A stretch of DNA of 59,554 bases, counting the filler, from Streblomastix strix (taxonomy: Eukaryota), in assembly GCA_008636045.1 (NCBI GenBank). It is 2 parts of 2 records of this genome, joined end to end, with 100 filler letters (N's around TTAATTAATTAA, not from the genome) between each part and the next. Parts side by side here need not be neighbours in the genome. Positions count along the whole stretch, not along the records: positions 1 to 29,790 come from SNRW01000097.1; positions 29,891 to 59,554 come from SNRW01000098.1. One strand, given 5' to 3'. The notes beneath the pieces were generated by a model. The model worked only from the letters and a program-made list of their open reading frames with translations, made no database searches and was not told where the DNA came from. Shown piece after piece: positions 16,501-30,630 of the stretch; positions within the stretch are counted from its first letter, which is position 1, and every line of letters begins with the position of its first letter. Position numbers and translations under genes: made by a program.

Positions 16501-19500
16501 ATTGAAGCAGATATAACAATATGAGATGTAATGCTAATAAGCTCTGAATACAATTGCATAGACAACCTCAACAATGCCATCAGCTGCTGCAGTAGCTGCA
16601 GGTGAAGCTGGAGAAGATGGATAAGTGAGTGGAGTTGATTAAGAGAAGGAATAAGCTGATAATAAAGAATAATAATAGAGTAGTAGTAATTAACCATAAT
16701 CATCATAGAAGAAGAGAAGATTAGGATAAATGAATGATCTGATGTAGATGCCTGTTAGATACTATACTTAATAGTTCAGTATGTATCATAGATTAATATA
16801 AGCTATTGCTGAAAGACCTGATGAAGCTATTGTTGACTTTGTAGGGATTAACTTTGCTCGATTAAAAGAATAACTTATTGATAGAGCTAAAGAGATTATA
16901 TGGGAAATTGGAAAAGCTCTTTATAATTCAGCCTATACCAGACCTAGAGTTACAGCTTTGAATGAAGTTATATCTAATTATAGAGAATAGATCAATACTA
17001 AACCTAATACTCTGGATGAATTGAAGCATGTATTATCTATAATGGAAGAGATTCGCATGGTAGGAATGGAAAAGGAACTTGAATACAACTCGATCTGTTC
17101 AAGATTTGAATTATTACATACATATGGACTTGATAAGAAGTTTACCCAGAAAGATAAAGAATCAGGAAAAGAGATTGAAACTGCACCAATTATTGGAGAG
17201 GATGAATATGAAGAAGCGATGTCACTACCTGAAAGATGGAGTCAGTTATTAGCTGAAGCAAAAGCTATGGATGTTTCAATGGAAACTACAAAGGAGACTT
17301 TTGCTAAAGATACCGAAAAGGATGTTTCTGGGTTTAGAGTTGAATTAGAAGAGTTTGTGAAGAAATTCTAAGCTGCAGTAAGAGAATTTACAAAAGAAGG
17401 AGCAGATATGGATTTTGGAGCTGATCAGGTATAAGAATATCATGAGAAACTTAATGAGTTTAAGAGATAGAGAGAATAATTATTGGAAGCTGAAAGAATG
17501 TTTGATCTTCCGATGTCACAGTATCCAGCTATAAAAGAGATGGAATTATAACTTGCTGGATTTTCCAGGATATATGATTTGCATATTGAAGTGAAGAAAT
17601 CAATTGAATAATGGTCATCAATCAGATGGGAAGATCTTCATATTGAAGAATTAACCAGTGGAGTTGATGCTTTCAGAATTAGATTAAAGAGAATTGGGAA
17701 AGATAAAGAATTAGCAAAACTACCTCCATATGCAGCAGTTACTCAAACAGTAGATAACTTTGGTACATCTCTATAACTGATTGCATGTTTCAAGAATCCA
17801 TCACTATAACAAAGACATTGGGAGGAACTCATGGATCGAACTAAACAGAAATTTGATCTTCATGATATGACTCTACGTAATCTATTAGGAATGTAACTGT
17901 ATAACTTTGAGAAAGAGATCTAAGATATAGCTGGATGTGCAGATAGAGAGATGGGAATAGAAAGAGAATTAGATGCCATAGCTGATGTATGGAGATCTCT
18001 TAGATTTGAAGTAGTCAAACACACACTATAATCTCAACCTACAACAGATAGAGGATATGTTGTAAAGGGGATTGATGCAATAGAAGAGAAATTAGAAGAT
18101 CACGTATAGTCATTATAAGCTATGTAAGCTAGTAGATATTATAGACCTCACAGAGAAAAAGGTGGAATATGGGAGAAGAATCTTGGTTGCATTAGTGCAG
18201 TTACAACATAATGGATTGCTGTACAGAAGAAATGGCTTTATTTAGAGAATATATTCATCGGATCTGAAGATATTAGAACAAGAATGCCTGATCAAGCAAA
18301 AGATTTTGATAATCTTGATAGAGATTTCAGAAAGATAATGTTAGACACTTACAGAGCACCAAATGTACTTGAAGCATGTTCAGTAGTTGGAAGAGAAGCA
18401 TAATTATTAGGACTTATGGCCATGCTTGAGAAATGCTAGAAATCACTTAGTGAATATCTTGAAGGTAAAAGAGTAATATTCCCTCGTTTCTTCTTTATAT
18501 CTGAAGATGATCTACTATCAATCTTGGGTAGTTCAGATCCATAAGCTGTATAAAGGCATCTATCAAATCTGTTTGATAATTGTGCTAAATTAATCTTTGG
18601 AACTGGTATGAGATCAAAAGCAATATCTGGTATGGTATCAGAAGAAGGTGAGAATTTACCTTTTAGAGCTGAATGTTAAGCAGAAGGATCAGTTGAAGTC
18701 TGGATGACAACAGTAGAAGCTGAGATGAGAAGGACACTTAGAGCTAGGATCAAAGAGACTATATATTATTATGCTTCAATGCATAGAACTACTTGGATCG
18801 AGAAGTTCTTGGGGATGGGGACTATCTGTGGATCTCAAGTATGGTGGACTTGGGGAGTTGAAGATACTTTTAGGAATGTAAGAGGTGGAGATAAACACGC
18901 ATTAAAGAACTATTGTGCATTGTTGGGTGTATAAATCAAAGATCTTGTAGCTACTATGCGTGGTGGTAGTTCACTTGATGCTGCACTTAGAATGAAAGTT
19001 AAGAATATGATTATACTTGATGTACATGCAAGAGATATTGTATCTGATTTCATCAGAGATTCAGTTCTTGATGCTCGTGAATTTGATTGGGAGAAACAAC
19101 TTAGATTCTATTTTGATAAAGAGAGAGATGGAGTCATCATTAAATAATGCACAGGTACTTTTGATTATGGATATGAATATATTGGCTTAAGAGATAGATT
19201 GATCATTACTCCACTTACAGATAGATGTTATATGACTCTTACATAAGCATTATCAATGAGATATGGAGGTGCACCAGCTGGACCTGCAGGAACAGGTAAA
19301 ACAGAGACAGTTAAAGATTTAGCTAAAGGACTTGCACTACTTTGTATTGTATTCAACTGTTCAGATGGACTGAATGCAGCTTTTATGGCTTCGTTATTCA
19401 CTGGACTATGTGAGATTGGTGCTTGGGGTTGCTTTGATGAATTCAATCGTATTGATCCTGATGTTATGTCTGTGATATCAAACCAAATCTTAAGGATTTA

Positions 19501-22500
19501 AATCGCTCTGAGATCAAATGCTTCTAATTTCAAACTTGATGGAACGCATGAAGTTTCATTAGATAATAAGGTTAGGAAATTTTTTTTACAATTAAATTAT
19601 TGGAAGTTATATTAATATATTTAAAACAATTATTCTATTATTTTATTTTATATTATTTATTTACAATTAGGTTGGAATTTTTATCACAATGAACCCAGGT
19701 TATGCAGGAAGAAGTGAATTACCAGATAACTTGAAGGCATTATTCAGATCGTGTGTTATGGTTGTACCTGATAAAGAGCAGATTTGTGAGATCTTGCTGT
19801 TCTCGGAAGGATTTGATACAGCTAAAACATTAGCAAAGAAGATGACTGTATTATATACCAGAGCTGAAGGTCAATTATCAAAACAGACCCATTATGATTT
19901 TGGTCTAAGAGCACTTAAATCAGTTTTAAGTATGGCTGGATCTCTGAAAAGAGGATCTCCAGATTCAAGAGAAGATGTTGTGCTTATGAGAGCTCTAAGA
20001 GATATGAACTTACCAAAGTTTGTATATGAGGATGTTCCACTGTTTATGGGATTGATCAAAGATCTATATCCAGATTTAGAATTACCCAAATAAGTATATC
20101 CTGAATTGAATGAAGCAGTGGAATCTGTTTTGAAGAAGAATAATTATGTAGTAACCGAGACTCAAGTACTCAAAGTGGTTCAGTTGTATGATACAATGTT
20201 CACAAGACATACAACTATGGTTGTAGGACCATCAGGTGGAGGTAAAACTGTTGTAATAACCACTCTTTAAGAAGCATAGACTAAATTAGGTTATCCAACA
20301 AAGTTATTTGTACTAAATCCTAAGAGTATAACTAACAATGATCTATATGGTGTATCTGATCCAACAACCAATGATTGGTAAGATGGTCTTTTATCAAATA
20401 TATTCAGGAATATCAATACAACACCAATGGAGAAGAGAGAAAGAAGATATATTGTATATGATGGAGATGTTGATGCACATTGGGTTGAGAATATGAACTC
20501 TGTTATGGACGATAATAGATTATTAACACTACCCAATAGAGAACGTATTGTTCTTCGTAAGGAATGTGCGATGTTGTTTGAAGTTGGAAATCTGAAATAT
20601 GCATCACCTGCAACAGTATCTAGATGTGGTATGGTGTATGTTGATCCACATGATCTTCCTCCACGTACAATATTCATGAGATGGTTAGCATCTCGACCAA
20701 AGGAAGAATAAGAATCATTACGTACATGGCATGATAGATACATTCCAAGATGCTTTGAGTATATCTTTGATGGCACAATTGATGGAGTACCCGTCCAACC
20801 ACCTGAAGAAGTGCCTGAAGTTGAAAAGCCAAAGAAAGAAGAAGTTGATTAATACACAGCAATGGCTTTTGGTGATGAAGAAGAAGGTTAACCAGCTAAA
20901 AAAGAAGAGATTATGCCTTCTACTCAAAAGGGAGTAGGTGAAGATGGTAGATTATTATAAGCTATCCCTCAAACAGCAGTTTCAGTAGAAGTCTAATTAT
21001 GCAATATCTATTAAGCTCTTGTTCCAACTGAAGGAATAGATTATTCTAAGTTTGAAGAACCCATTAGACATATGTTGTTCATCTTCGCCGCATGTTGGGC
21101 TTGTGGTGGATCTATGCTTGAAGGATCACGTGTCTTATTTGATGAATTCTATAAACATGTAGTTGATTTAAGTGTAATTACAGCCAGTGATCATGATGCA
21201 GGTCCAAACTAATTACCTGGTTAATTAAGAACTCTGTTTGATTTCTACTTTGATGTTGATAAGAGATGTTGGAAAGCTTGGGAGAATAAAGTGACTGAAT
21301 ATCAACCACCAGTTGACAGATTATTCTGTAATATTCTGGTACCAACAACAGACACTGTAAGACATTCATCAATGCTACAGATGCTTATGGAATAGAAAGT
21401 ACCTGTATTATTTATTGGTGAATCTGGAACAGCTAAAACTGTAACAATTCAATCGTATATGAGAGGTAGAGATCCCGAAACGATGACTACACTTACTATA
21501 AACTTCTCAAATAGGACTAATTCATTATAAGTATAAAGAACATTAGATGACAATTTAGATAGACCTTTGATGGGTGTTATTCGTCCAAGAGCTGGAAAGA
21601 AATTAATAGTATTCATTGATGATCTGAATATGCCTCAAATGGATAAAGAAGAAACTCAACAACCAATCGCATTACTCAAATTCCTATTTGATAGAGGAGG
21701 TCTATATGGTCGTTCATCATCTGATCTTTCATTCAGGAAATATCAGGACTTATAGTTTGTAGCAGCTATGGGACCACCTGGTGGTGGTAGAAATCCAACT
21801 GATATCCGATTTTCATCAAAGTTCTCTGTATTCAATTTACCATTCCCAACAATGTCAAGTCTGAGAAGAATCTATGAATCTATTTTATTGCATCATTTTG
21901 AACCATTTGATCAATCAATATAGAAATCTGTAACTAAAATAGTTGAAGCTACTCTATATCTATATTCTCATGTCACATCATCTCTACCAGCAACACCAAA
22001 CAAGTTCCATTATATATTCAATCTTCGTGATCTATCAAGAGTAACTGAAGGTCTAACATTATCAGTTCCAAACAAATTCCAAAGTATCGGATCAATTGTA
22101 AGACTCTGGAGCCATGAAGTACTTCGTGTCTTCCAAGATAGGCTTGTTGATTCAAAAGATCGAGATCTTGTTAAGAATAAGATGAGAGAACTTGCAACTG
22201 AATATTGGCCTTAAGAAGCTGAGAATGCATATGCTGAACCTTTATTGTTTGGTTCATATAAGAAAGCTAATCTTTCTGTTGGAGATTTATTACCTGGAGA
22301 AGAGAAAGAAGTTGGAGATGATTAAGCTAAAGAAGATCCTAAAGAATATGAAGACCTTGAAAACTATGATACAATTAAGCCCATAGTTGAAGAATGCCTT
22401 GAATCATACAATGAAACTCGACTTAGAATGAATTTAGTTATGTTTGCTGACGCATTGGGACATTTAGCCAGAATCCATAGGATTATTAGAATGTGCAGAG

Positions 22501-25500
22501 GTAATGCACTACTAATTGGATATGGTGGATCTGGTAAATAATCCTTAACAAAACTAGCTACTTTCATTGCTGGATATACTCTGTTCTAAATAACACTATC
22601 ACGTGGATATGGTGATGAAGCATTCAGATAAGATCTAAAGAAGTTATATAACTTATTGGGTACTATGAATAAAGAAGTAGTTTTCTTATTCACTGATCAG
22701 CATGTTGTTGATGCATCTTTCCTAGAATATATCAACTCAATGCTTACATCTGGTATGGTACCAGCTCTATATGCAGAAGATGAGAAAGATAACATTGTCA
22801 GAGAATTATCTGAAGAAATGACCAGATTTGGTTTCTTCTCTCGAGATCAGATGTGGTCTCATTTCGTTAATAAATGCAGAAACAATCTTCATATTGTGCT
22901 TTGCATGTCTCCAGCAGGTGATACTCTTCGTATTCGATGCAGAAACTTCCCTGGACTTGTTTCTAATTCTTGCATTGATTGGTTCGATAGTTGGTCTGAA
23001 GATGCGCTGATTTCAGTGGCAAATGTTTTCTTAGCTGAGATCGATTTACCAGATGAACATCGTGATGGAATTGTATCACATATGGTGCGTGTTCATTCGT
23101 CTATGCAACATTTCAATGATGAATTCTACTTGAAATTGAGAAGACACAATTATGTAACACCAAAGAATTATCTGGATTATATCAGCAATTATAAGAAGCT
23201 ACTTCGAGATAACCGTGAGAAATTTGCTGAATAAGCCCAGCATTTAAAAGAAGGTGTAGACAAACTGATCAGCGCATCAACTGAAGTAGATACAATGAAT
23301 GAAAAACTTCGAGAATAGAAGAAAGTAACTGATGAATAAGCCAGATAATGTGATGATCTAGTGAAATAGATTGAGATGCGTACTCAGGATGTTAAGAAGA
23401 AGAGTGATGATGTAGAAAAGAGGAAGAAAGATCTATGGGTTGAATAAGAGAGGATTGTCGTGGATAAATAAGATGCAGAGAATGAATTAGCTCTTGCTGC
23501 ACCAGCCTTAGAAGCTGCTGCATAAGCTCTGAGGTTCTTAGAGGATAATAAAGATTCAATCAATGAAATGAGAGCATATAATACACCACCTAAAGTTGTA
23601 TAGTAGGTGTGCGAATGTGTTGCTATCTTATTAGAAGAGAAAGATCTTACTTGGGATACAGCTCGTACTATGCTTCGTTAAGCTGGATTTCTTGATTTAT
23701 TGGTGAACTACAACAAAGAGAAGTTATTAAAGAAAGAATCAATCATGGCCAGAGTTATTCCAAGATTGTAAGGATAAAATCCTGCTGAAATTAAATAGAA
23801 ACATTCAAAAGCAGCAGGTTTCATTATGGAATGGGTAGTTGCTATGTATCAATGGTATGACAAAGCTAAGTTTGTCCAACCTAAGAAAGAAAGAGTCGAA
23901 GCTGCAGAAGCCAAATTGAGACAGTCAATGGCTGATCTAGAGAAAGCAGAGAATGAAATTGTAGCTCTGAATAATGAATTGAAACTTTTGGATGAAGCAC
24001 TTCAATAGAAGAGGAAGGAATAAGCTGAATTAAAAGCATAGTTGACTATTATGGAAAGATAACTTAATAATGCGAGAAGATTAATAGCTGCTTTGAGTAC
24101 CGAGAAAGTACGTTGGGCAAAACAGTTAAAAGAATTGGGAGAGAAAAGAGTACTTCTTATTGGAGATTGTCTGCTAACAGCTGCTTTCCTTTCATACAGT
24201 GGTGCATTTTCATAAGATTTCCGTAAAGAGATGATCTATCAACAATGGCATGATGATATTTTAGAGAGAAGAATCCCACTGTCATAACCATATAGAGTAG
24301 AATAACTTCTTACTGATGAAGTAGAAATATCACAATGGGCTAATGAATCATTACCTGGAGATGAACTATCAGTTCAAAATGGTATCTTAACAACCAGGGC
24401 ATCAAGATTCCCACTTTGTATCGATCCATAAGAACAAGCAGTTAAATGGATTCGTATCAGAGAATCAGCCAATGAACTTATCCGAACATCATTCAACTCA
24501 GATTTCTTACCACAATTACGTCGTGCGATAATGTTTGGTCGTCCAATCCTATTTGAGAATGTAGAAGAGTATATTGATCCAATCCTTGATCCAGTACTTG
24601 AGAAGAATATCTTAAGAGCAGCTGCAACTGGTGGAGCTGCAGCAGCTGCAGGTGATGATGTTAAAGGAGGTGGAAGAAGATTTATTGTATTGGGGGATCA
24701 GGAAGTGGATTGGAATCCTGAGTTTAGGATGTATATGACCACAAAGATGTCTAATCCGCATTACACACCTGAGATATCTGGGAAGACTATGATTGTAAAC
24801 TTCAAAGTCACACCAAAGGGACTTGAAGATTAATTATTGAATGCTGTTGTAGGAATAGAAAGAGAAGATTTAGAGAAGGGACATTAAGAATTGATACAAA
24901 CGATGTCTGAATTGAAAAACTCATTGAAAGAAACTGAAGAAACTCTGCTTCGTGAATTCACAGCAGTTAAAGGATCACTTCTTGACAATGAAGAATTGAT
25001 TGCATTGTTAGAAAAGACAAAAGGGATATTCTTAGAAGTGACAGATAAACTTGAAAGAGCCAAAGATAATGAGAAATAGATTGATGAAGCTCGTTCAAGG
25101 TATAGAGCAGCTGCAACTCGTGGATCTATCTTATTCTTTGTGATGAGTTCTTTATCATCAATCTTACCTATGTGTGAATATTCACTTGATTCATTCAAAG
25201 ATATCTTCGTTGCTTCTATTAAATAAGCATAAAGATCTGATGATCTTTATAAAAGATTGAAGAATATCATTGAAGTGGTAACTGATAATGTATTCAACTA
25301 TGTATGCTTAGGTCTATTTGAATCATACAGATTAATGTTCTCATTCCAAATGACACTCAAAATCATGGAACCTTAAGGTCTGATTAATGAGTTTCAACTT
25401 CAAATGTTCCTTAAAGGATCTCTAGCATTGGAGAAATCACAAAAATAAAGACCTGAAGATTCTGAAGATTGGCTTTCAGAAACTGGCTGGGAAGATGCAA

Positions 25501-28418
25501 TAGAATTAGCATAAGGAGATCCAGGTAGATTTGGTAATTTATTAGAAGAACTGGATAAAAACTAAGAATAATGGAGAGAATGGGCTCTATCTGAGAAACC
25601 AGAAGAGGAATTACCTCCATTTTTACCATCAGCTGCACCTGGATATGAAGAAGGAAGGAAATCAAGTTAGTCTGTTCAGAGATAAGATAAAGATAATGTG
25701 AGTATTAAAAATGATAAAACGGATCGATCAGATAAATAAAAAGAGAAACAAGAGAAAGAATAAGGAGAATAATAATAATAAATAGAAGGATAATAAGGAT
25801 CTGAATAAGAATAAAAGAAAGAAGGAGAATCAGGAGATTAAGAATAAGAATAAAAGAAAGAATCTGGTGAAGGAGAAGAAGGTGAAGAAGATGAAGATAA
25901 AGAAAAGAAAGAGTAAGAAGAAGAAGAGGAAATAACTGGAACTGAAGTGAATTAAGTATAAATGGCAGATCCTGGAAGAATAGGAGGAGATATTGACCCA
26001 ACTCAGTTGACTGAATTAGAAAGACTGTGTTTATTGAGGATTGTTAGAATGGATCGTATTGCTGCTGGAGTAACTCATTTTGTTGTTTCTCTGATGGGAA
26101 TTAAATATGTTAAGTTCCCCATATTATTGTATGATGATGTATATATGAGAAGTACTGCATTATCACCAGTTGTGTTCATTATCTCACCTGGAGCTGATCC
26201 TGCAACTGATGTTATTGCACTTGGTGAGAGACGTGGTTTTACTCAACCAATGCGATTGAGGAATATATCTCTGGGTTAGAATATGGAACCTTTGGCTGAA
26301 TTAGCGATTGATCAAGCTGTTACTCGTGGATAATGGGTTTTGCTTCAGAATTGTCATTTGTTGCCAAATTGGCTTAAAAACTTAGAGAAGAAACTTGAAG
26401 CCATCGCTGAAAAGAGTGCAGATCAACTTGATCCTGAATTCAGGTTATATCTCACATCTGAACCAACTGAGACATTTCCAATGGGTATCTTACAGAGATC
26501 TCTGAAAGTAGTCACTGAACCACCTAATTCTCTCAAAATGAATATGTTGACTACATATGGTAGATTAGGATAAGATGAATTAGCTAAATCACTTCATCCA
26601 GCATATAGACCTATGGCATATGTATTAGCATTCTTCCATGCTGTTGTATAAGAGAGAAGGAAATATGGTAAGTTAGGATGGAATGTACCATATGACTTCA
26701 ATGAATCTGATTTCAGAGTGTCTTTAGATCTGATAGCAACATATCTGAATAAATCAATTGAGGCATAAGAAGGACTTGGAGGACCAAGTAGTGTGAGACC
26801 TAATGTTGCAGTATAGAAGAGTATAGATGCAGAAAAAGCAGCAGGCTAAGGAGATGGATAATAATAATAAGATGGATAAACAGAAGGAGAATAAGTGACT
26901 AAAGAAGAAGAAGATGAGGATGAAGAATAATAATCAGAAGAAGAGGAAGAGATTCTTTTAGCTGGATTTGCAGAGATCCAACCAGATTATATGGGAGAAG
27001 AAACAGAAGAAGAGAAAGAAGCTCGTTAGAAGAAGCTTGATGATGCAAAATTAAAAAGGAAATAAGAAAGATAAGCTCGAAGATAAGCAGCCATCGATGC
27101 TGGTGAAACAGGATCCATTAAATCAACAGGAACAGGATCAACAACTGAGATTGGAGGAGTTGCACCAATGAGTTCAACAACAGCTCCAATTCCATGGCCT
27201 TCACTGAGATATTTAGTTGGAGAGGTCATGTATGGAGGTCGTGTAACAGATGATTGGGATAGAAGAGTGCTTATGACATATCAAGATGAATATATGGGTG
27301 ATTTCCTATTTGACACTTTCTAATAGTTCCACTTCTTTAAGAATGATCGTGTTGATTATGTTATCCCTCATGAATCTCTTGAACCTACACCTGTGGGTGT
27401 TGTTGATTATATAGAGAATAGAATACCAGCATCAGCACCACCAGAAGTCTTTGGATTGCATCAGAATGCAGAGATATCATTCAATACAAATGCAGCCAAA
27501 GCGATGTGGAAGAATCTCATTGATCTATAACCTCGAGGAGGAGCTGCTCCAGTTGCAGAGGCTGGTGCAGGCGATGAAAAGACGAGTTCAGAAGATCGAT
27601 TGTAGATTGTAGCTAATGATGTACAATCTCGTATCCCACCAAAGAATATTGATATTAATGTAGTAAGGACTCAATTTGGTGTGCCAACACCAACTCAAGT
27701 TGTCTTAATGCAAGAACTTGAGCATTGGAATAGACTATGTGATAAGATGCGCCTTACATTAAAAGATCTTCATCGTGCTCTATAAGGAGAAATTGGTATG
27801 AGCGCAGAACTAGATGATCTATCTTCATCACTATCATCTGGTTTCATTCCTGAAGTATGGAGATAATTAGCACCACGCACTCTTAAATCACTTGCAGGTT
27901 GGATGGATCATTTCAGAGAGAGAAGCAAATAATACATCACATGGGTTGAAGATGGAGAACCGAAAGTAATGTGGTTATCAGGACTGCATCTTCCAGAAGC
28001 ATATATCAATGCTATAGTATAGGAAGCATGTAGGAAGAAGAAGTGGCCTCTTGATCGATCTGCTATATACACACGTGTAACAGATCAAGAGAATCCTGAG
28101 ATGGTTCGTGAGAAACCTAAATTAGGATGTCTAGTTAAAGGGATGTTCTTAGAAGGAGCATCTTGGGACATGGAGGAGATGTGTTTAGCTCCACAGAATC
28201 CTAAAGTTCTGGTGTCTGAGCTTCCAATATTGGAGATTGTTCCTATTGAAGCATCATAGAAGAGGTTGTAAAACTCATTCACGTGCCCAGTATATGTAAC
28301 ATAAGAGAGGTGCAACAAAATGGGATTCGGATTTGTGTTTGAAGCGAATCTAAACACTACTGCGCACATATCACATTGGATTCTACAGGGAGTGGCACTT
28401 TCATTGAATGATTCGTGA
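13514..28418 (+). CDS. DNAH10: Axonemal dynein heavy chain, inner-arm I1/f alpha type (DNAH10-like), ~4890 aa
   Basis: Exons 13514-13646, 13723-13826, 13883-19570 and 19671-28418 (TGA 28416-28418); continuous under table 6. P-loops [24 protein letters not shown] and GYGGSGKQS. DNAH10-like signatures [55 protein letters not shown] and HWILQGVAL. Confidence 0.95.
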
Positions 28419-29790
28419 TGAAGAGGAAAATATCTGGGGGAAAGGAAAAGTGTGGAAAGATGAAAGTTTGGGGATTTAGCAGCAGTTCTATTATTTTTTA
28501 ATCGAAATATTAAGCAACCTTATTAATTTTCTAGTTATCTCAATATATTCTCATCACCTCAAAACTTTGAATTGGATTTCTTTTTTAAAAATGAGTAAAA
28601 ATCTAAACTAACTTCATGAATGGCTAGATGATAGAAAACATTAAAGAGTTAATTTAAATATTATTATAAGTAAAGTTGAAACTGAAAATTTGAAAAGTCA
28701 GCTCGAATTTTAAATGTATAAATTATTTGATATTTTCATGTTTATTTGTTGTATACGTCAAAATAATTTGTAAAAATGCATAAATGAACTGCTTTATAAG
28801 TTTAGGTCGGTCAGCGCTCAATTTTTTTATTTTAAATCAAATCTGCCGATTAATAGGTTGAAGTTCTTGGTAAAGTACTTTTGGTTTGGTTGAGTACTTT
28901 TTCAAACTTATTGATTAGTTTTTGATATATTTATAAAATACAAAAAAAACTTACGTAAATATAAAAGAAATTATATAAATATTTTCCTAATTATTATTGT
29001 ACATATTAGAAAGCAACGAGTTTTAAAATAATTTTAATATATTTCTTCGCAGAGTTAATAATTTAGTGCAATTTATATTTTTGAAAATTTAGGAACAATA
29101 ATAATAAAAATTAGCACAAAACAATTAAAATATGTTAAAAATTTGGGAGAAAAAAATTACTTTGTTTTAAAAAATTAAAAATTGGAAAATATATATCAAT
29201 AGAGTATATTTATATAATTTGTTAATAAAATTATAATAATCTAAATATATTTTTTATCAATAATCTTCAACAAGCAATTATTATTTTTGTTTTTTAAAAA
29301 ATGATAATTTGTACTAAGGTGTTGGGAAAAAGTCGCTGCGGTTAACTTTATGGAACGACGGTTTGAGATTAACTTTTTATTTATATGTATATATTTGTAT
29401 ATTAATTAGTACAAGAAAACGGCATACATTGGTGATGGCCAGTCTTCGCGTTATGGAATAATTTAAATTTTATATATTTTAGGAGGGTATAAAAATATAA
29501 AGTCCATAAAATCTTTTTAATTATAGATATGTCGGATATATTAAGTATATATATGTTATATATGTTCATATATGATGTTAATCAATATACAATTTATATA
29601 ATCACTAACCTTTTCAAAAACTCAAAAATAAGGCATTTTTTTTATTTTCCCTTATATGAGGAAAGAAGATATTATTGGCGAAATTGGCACCATTTTCAAA
29701 ATCACTAGGAATTAGACCCATTTGTCCTATGACTGGTGAACCTAAATAACAGCATAATTAAGGATATAAATATACCTAAAATAACTTTGA

Positions 29791-29890
29791 NNNNNNNNNN
29801 NNNNNNNNNNNNNNNNNNNNNNNNNNNNNNNNNNTTAATTAATTAANNNNNNNNNNNNNNNNNNNNNNNNNNNNNNNNNNNNNNNNNNNN
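29791..29890. other. Artificial contig-joining linker (N44-TTAATTAATTAA-N44)
   Basis: 100-nt N gap with a centred six-frame standard-stop spacer at 29835-29846. Confidence 0.97.
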
Positions 29891-30019
29891 TCTTTATTGT
29901 ACTCATTATTTTTAGTTTTTTCTTGGAAAATAAAGTATACAATATCATATATTGTAATATAATGATTATAGTCATGCAGAATATATATAAAAAACTAAAA
30001 ATAATGCGTACAATAAAGA
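29891..30019. repeat. 31-bp inverted repeat (hairpin) at contig start
   Basis: TCTTTATTGTAC(T/G)CATTATTTTTAGTTTTTT at 29891-29921 vs its reverse complement at 29989-30019, 1 mismatch. Confidence 0.85.
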
Positions 30020-30630
30020 TGGCAAAATAATTGCATTTTTATTTTGCGTTGCTCTGGAAGCCCCAGATAAATATTATAATTTAAATAGATGTAAGTTATA
30101 TGTAATTAAATTAATTAATAACACGATTAAGTATATATGAAGTAAAAAATAATCAGTGCATGTGGTGCAATTTGCGATTTAATTAAAAAAATCAAAAAAT
30201 CAAATGAAAATAAATGATAGTTATAATATTTGTTTATTAAACAATATTCAATAAATAAAATTTATCCATATAAAAATTCGTATGATTAATGAAATGTGGA
30301 GATATAAATCGAGCTAAAATTGGCATTAATATTTACATTTAAAATTCGGACCATTGATAATACAAAACAAGTATAAAAGAATAATAATCTATAAATAATT
30401 AAAAAATAAATCAAAAATATTAAAAAATATTGAGTAATGCAAATATTGTGTCTTACTATTAACGAACCAAAATCGAGATTTGTACGACATTTTCTTTCAG
30501 AATGAATCCATTATATGCCTTATTTTATAATGAATTCTATTTAACTCCTTTTATTATTAATTTCTACCAGAAATATATATTCATTGTAATAAAAATTAAC
30601 AGTTTAATAAATCAAACTTTAATAACTTCA

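Noticed and set aside
14018..26573. Many short standard-code ORFs that look like a fragmented dynein pseudogene
   Set aside because: The dynein-matching ORFs share a frame within each exon and are separated only by TAA/TAG at Gln positions; this is one intact gene.
28591..28715. Short coding-like segment (MSKNLNQLHEWLDDRK...) after the dynein
   Set aside because: No downstream exons or recognisable domain could be supported.
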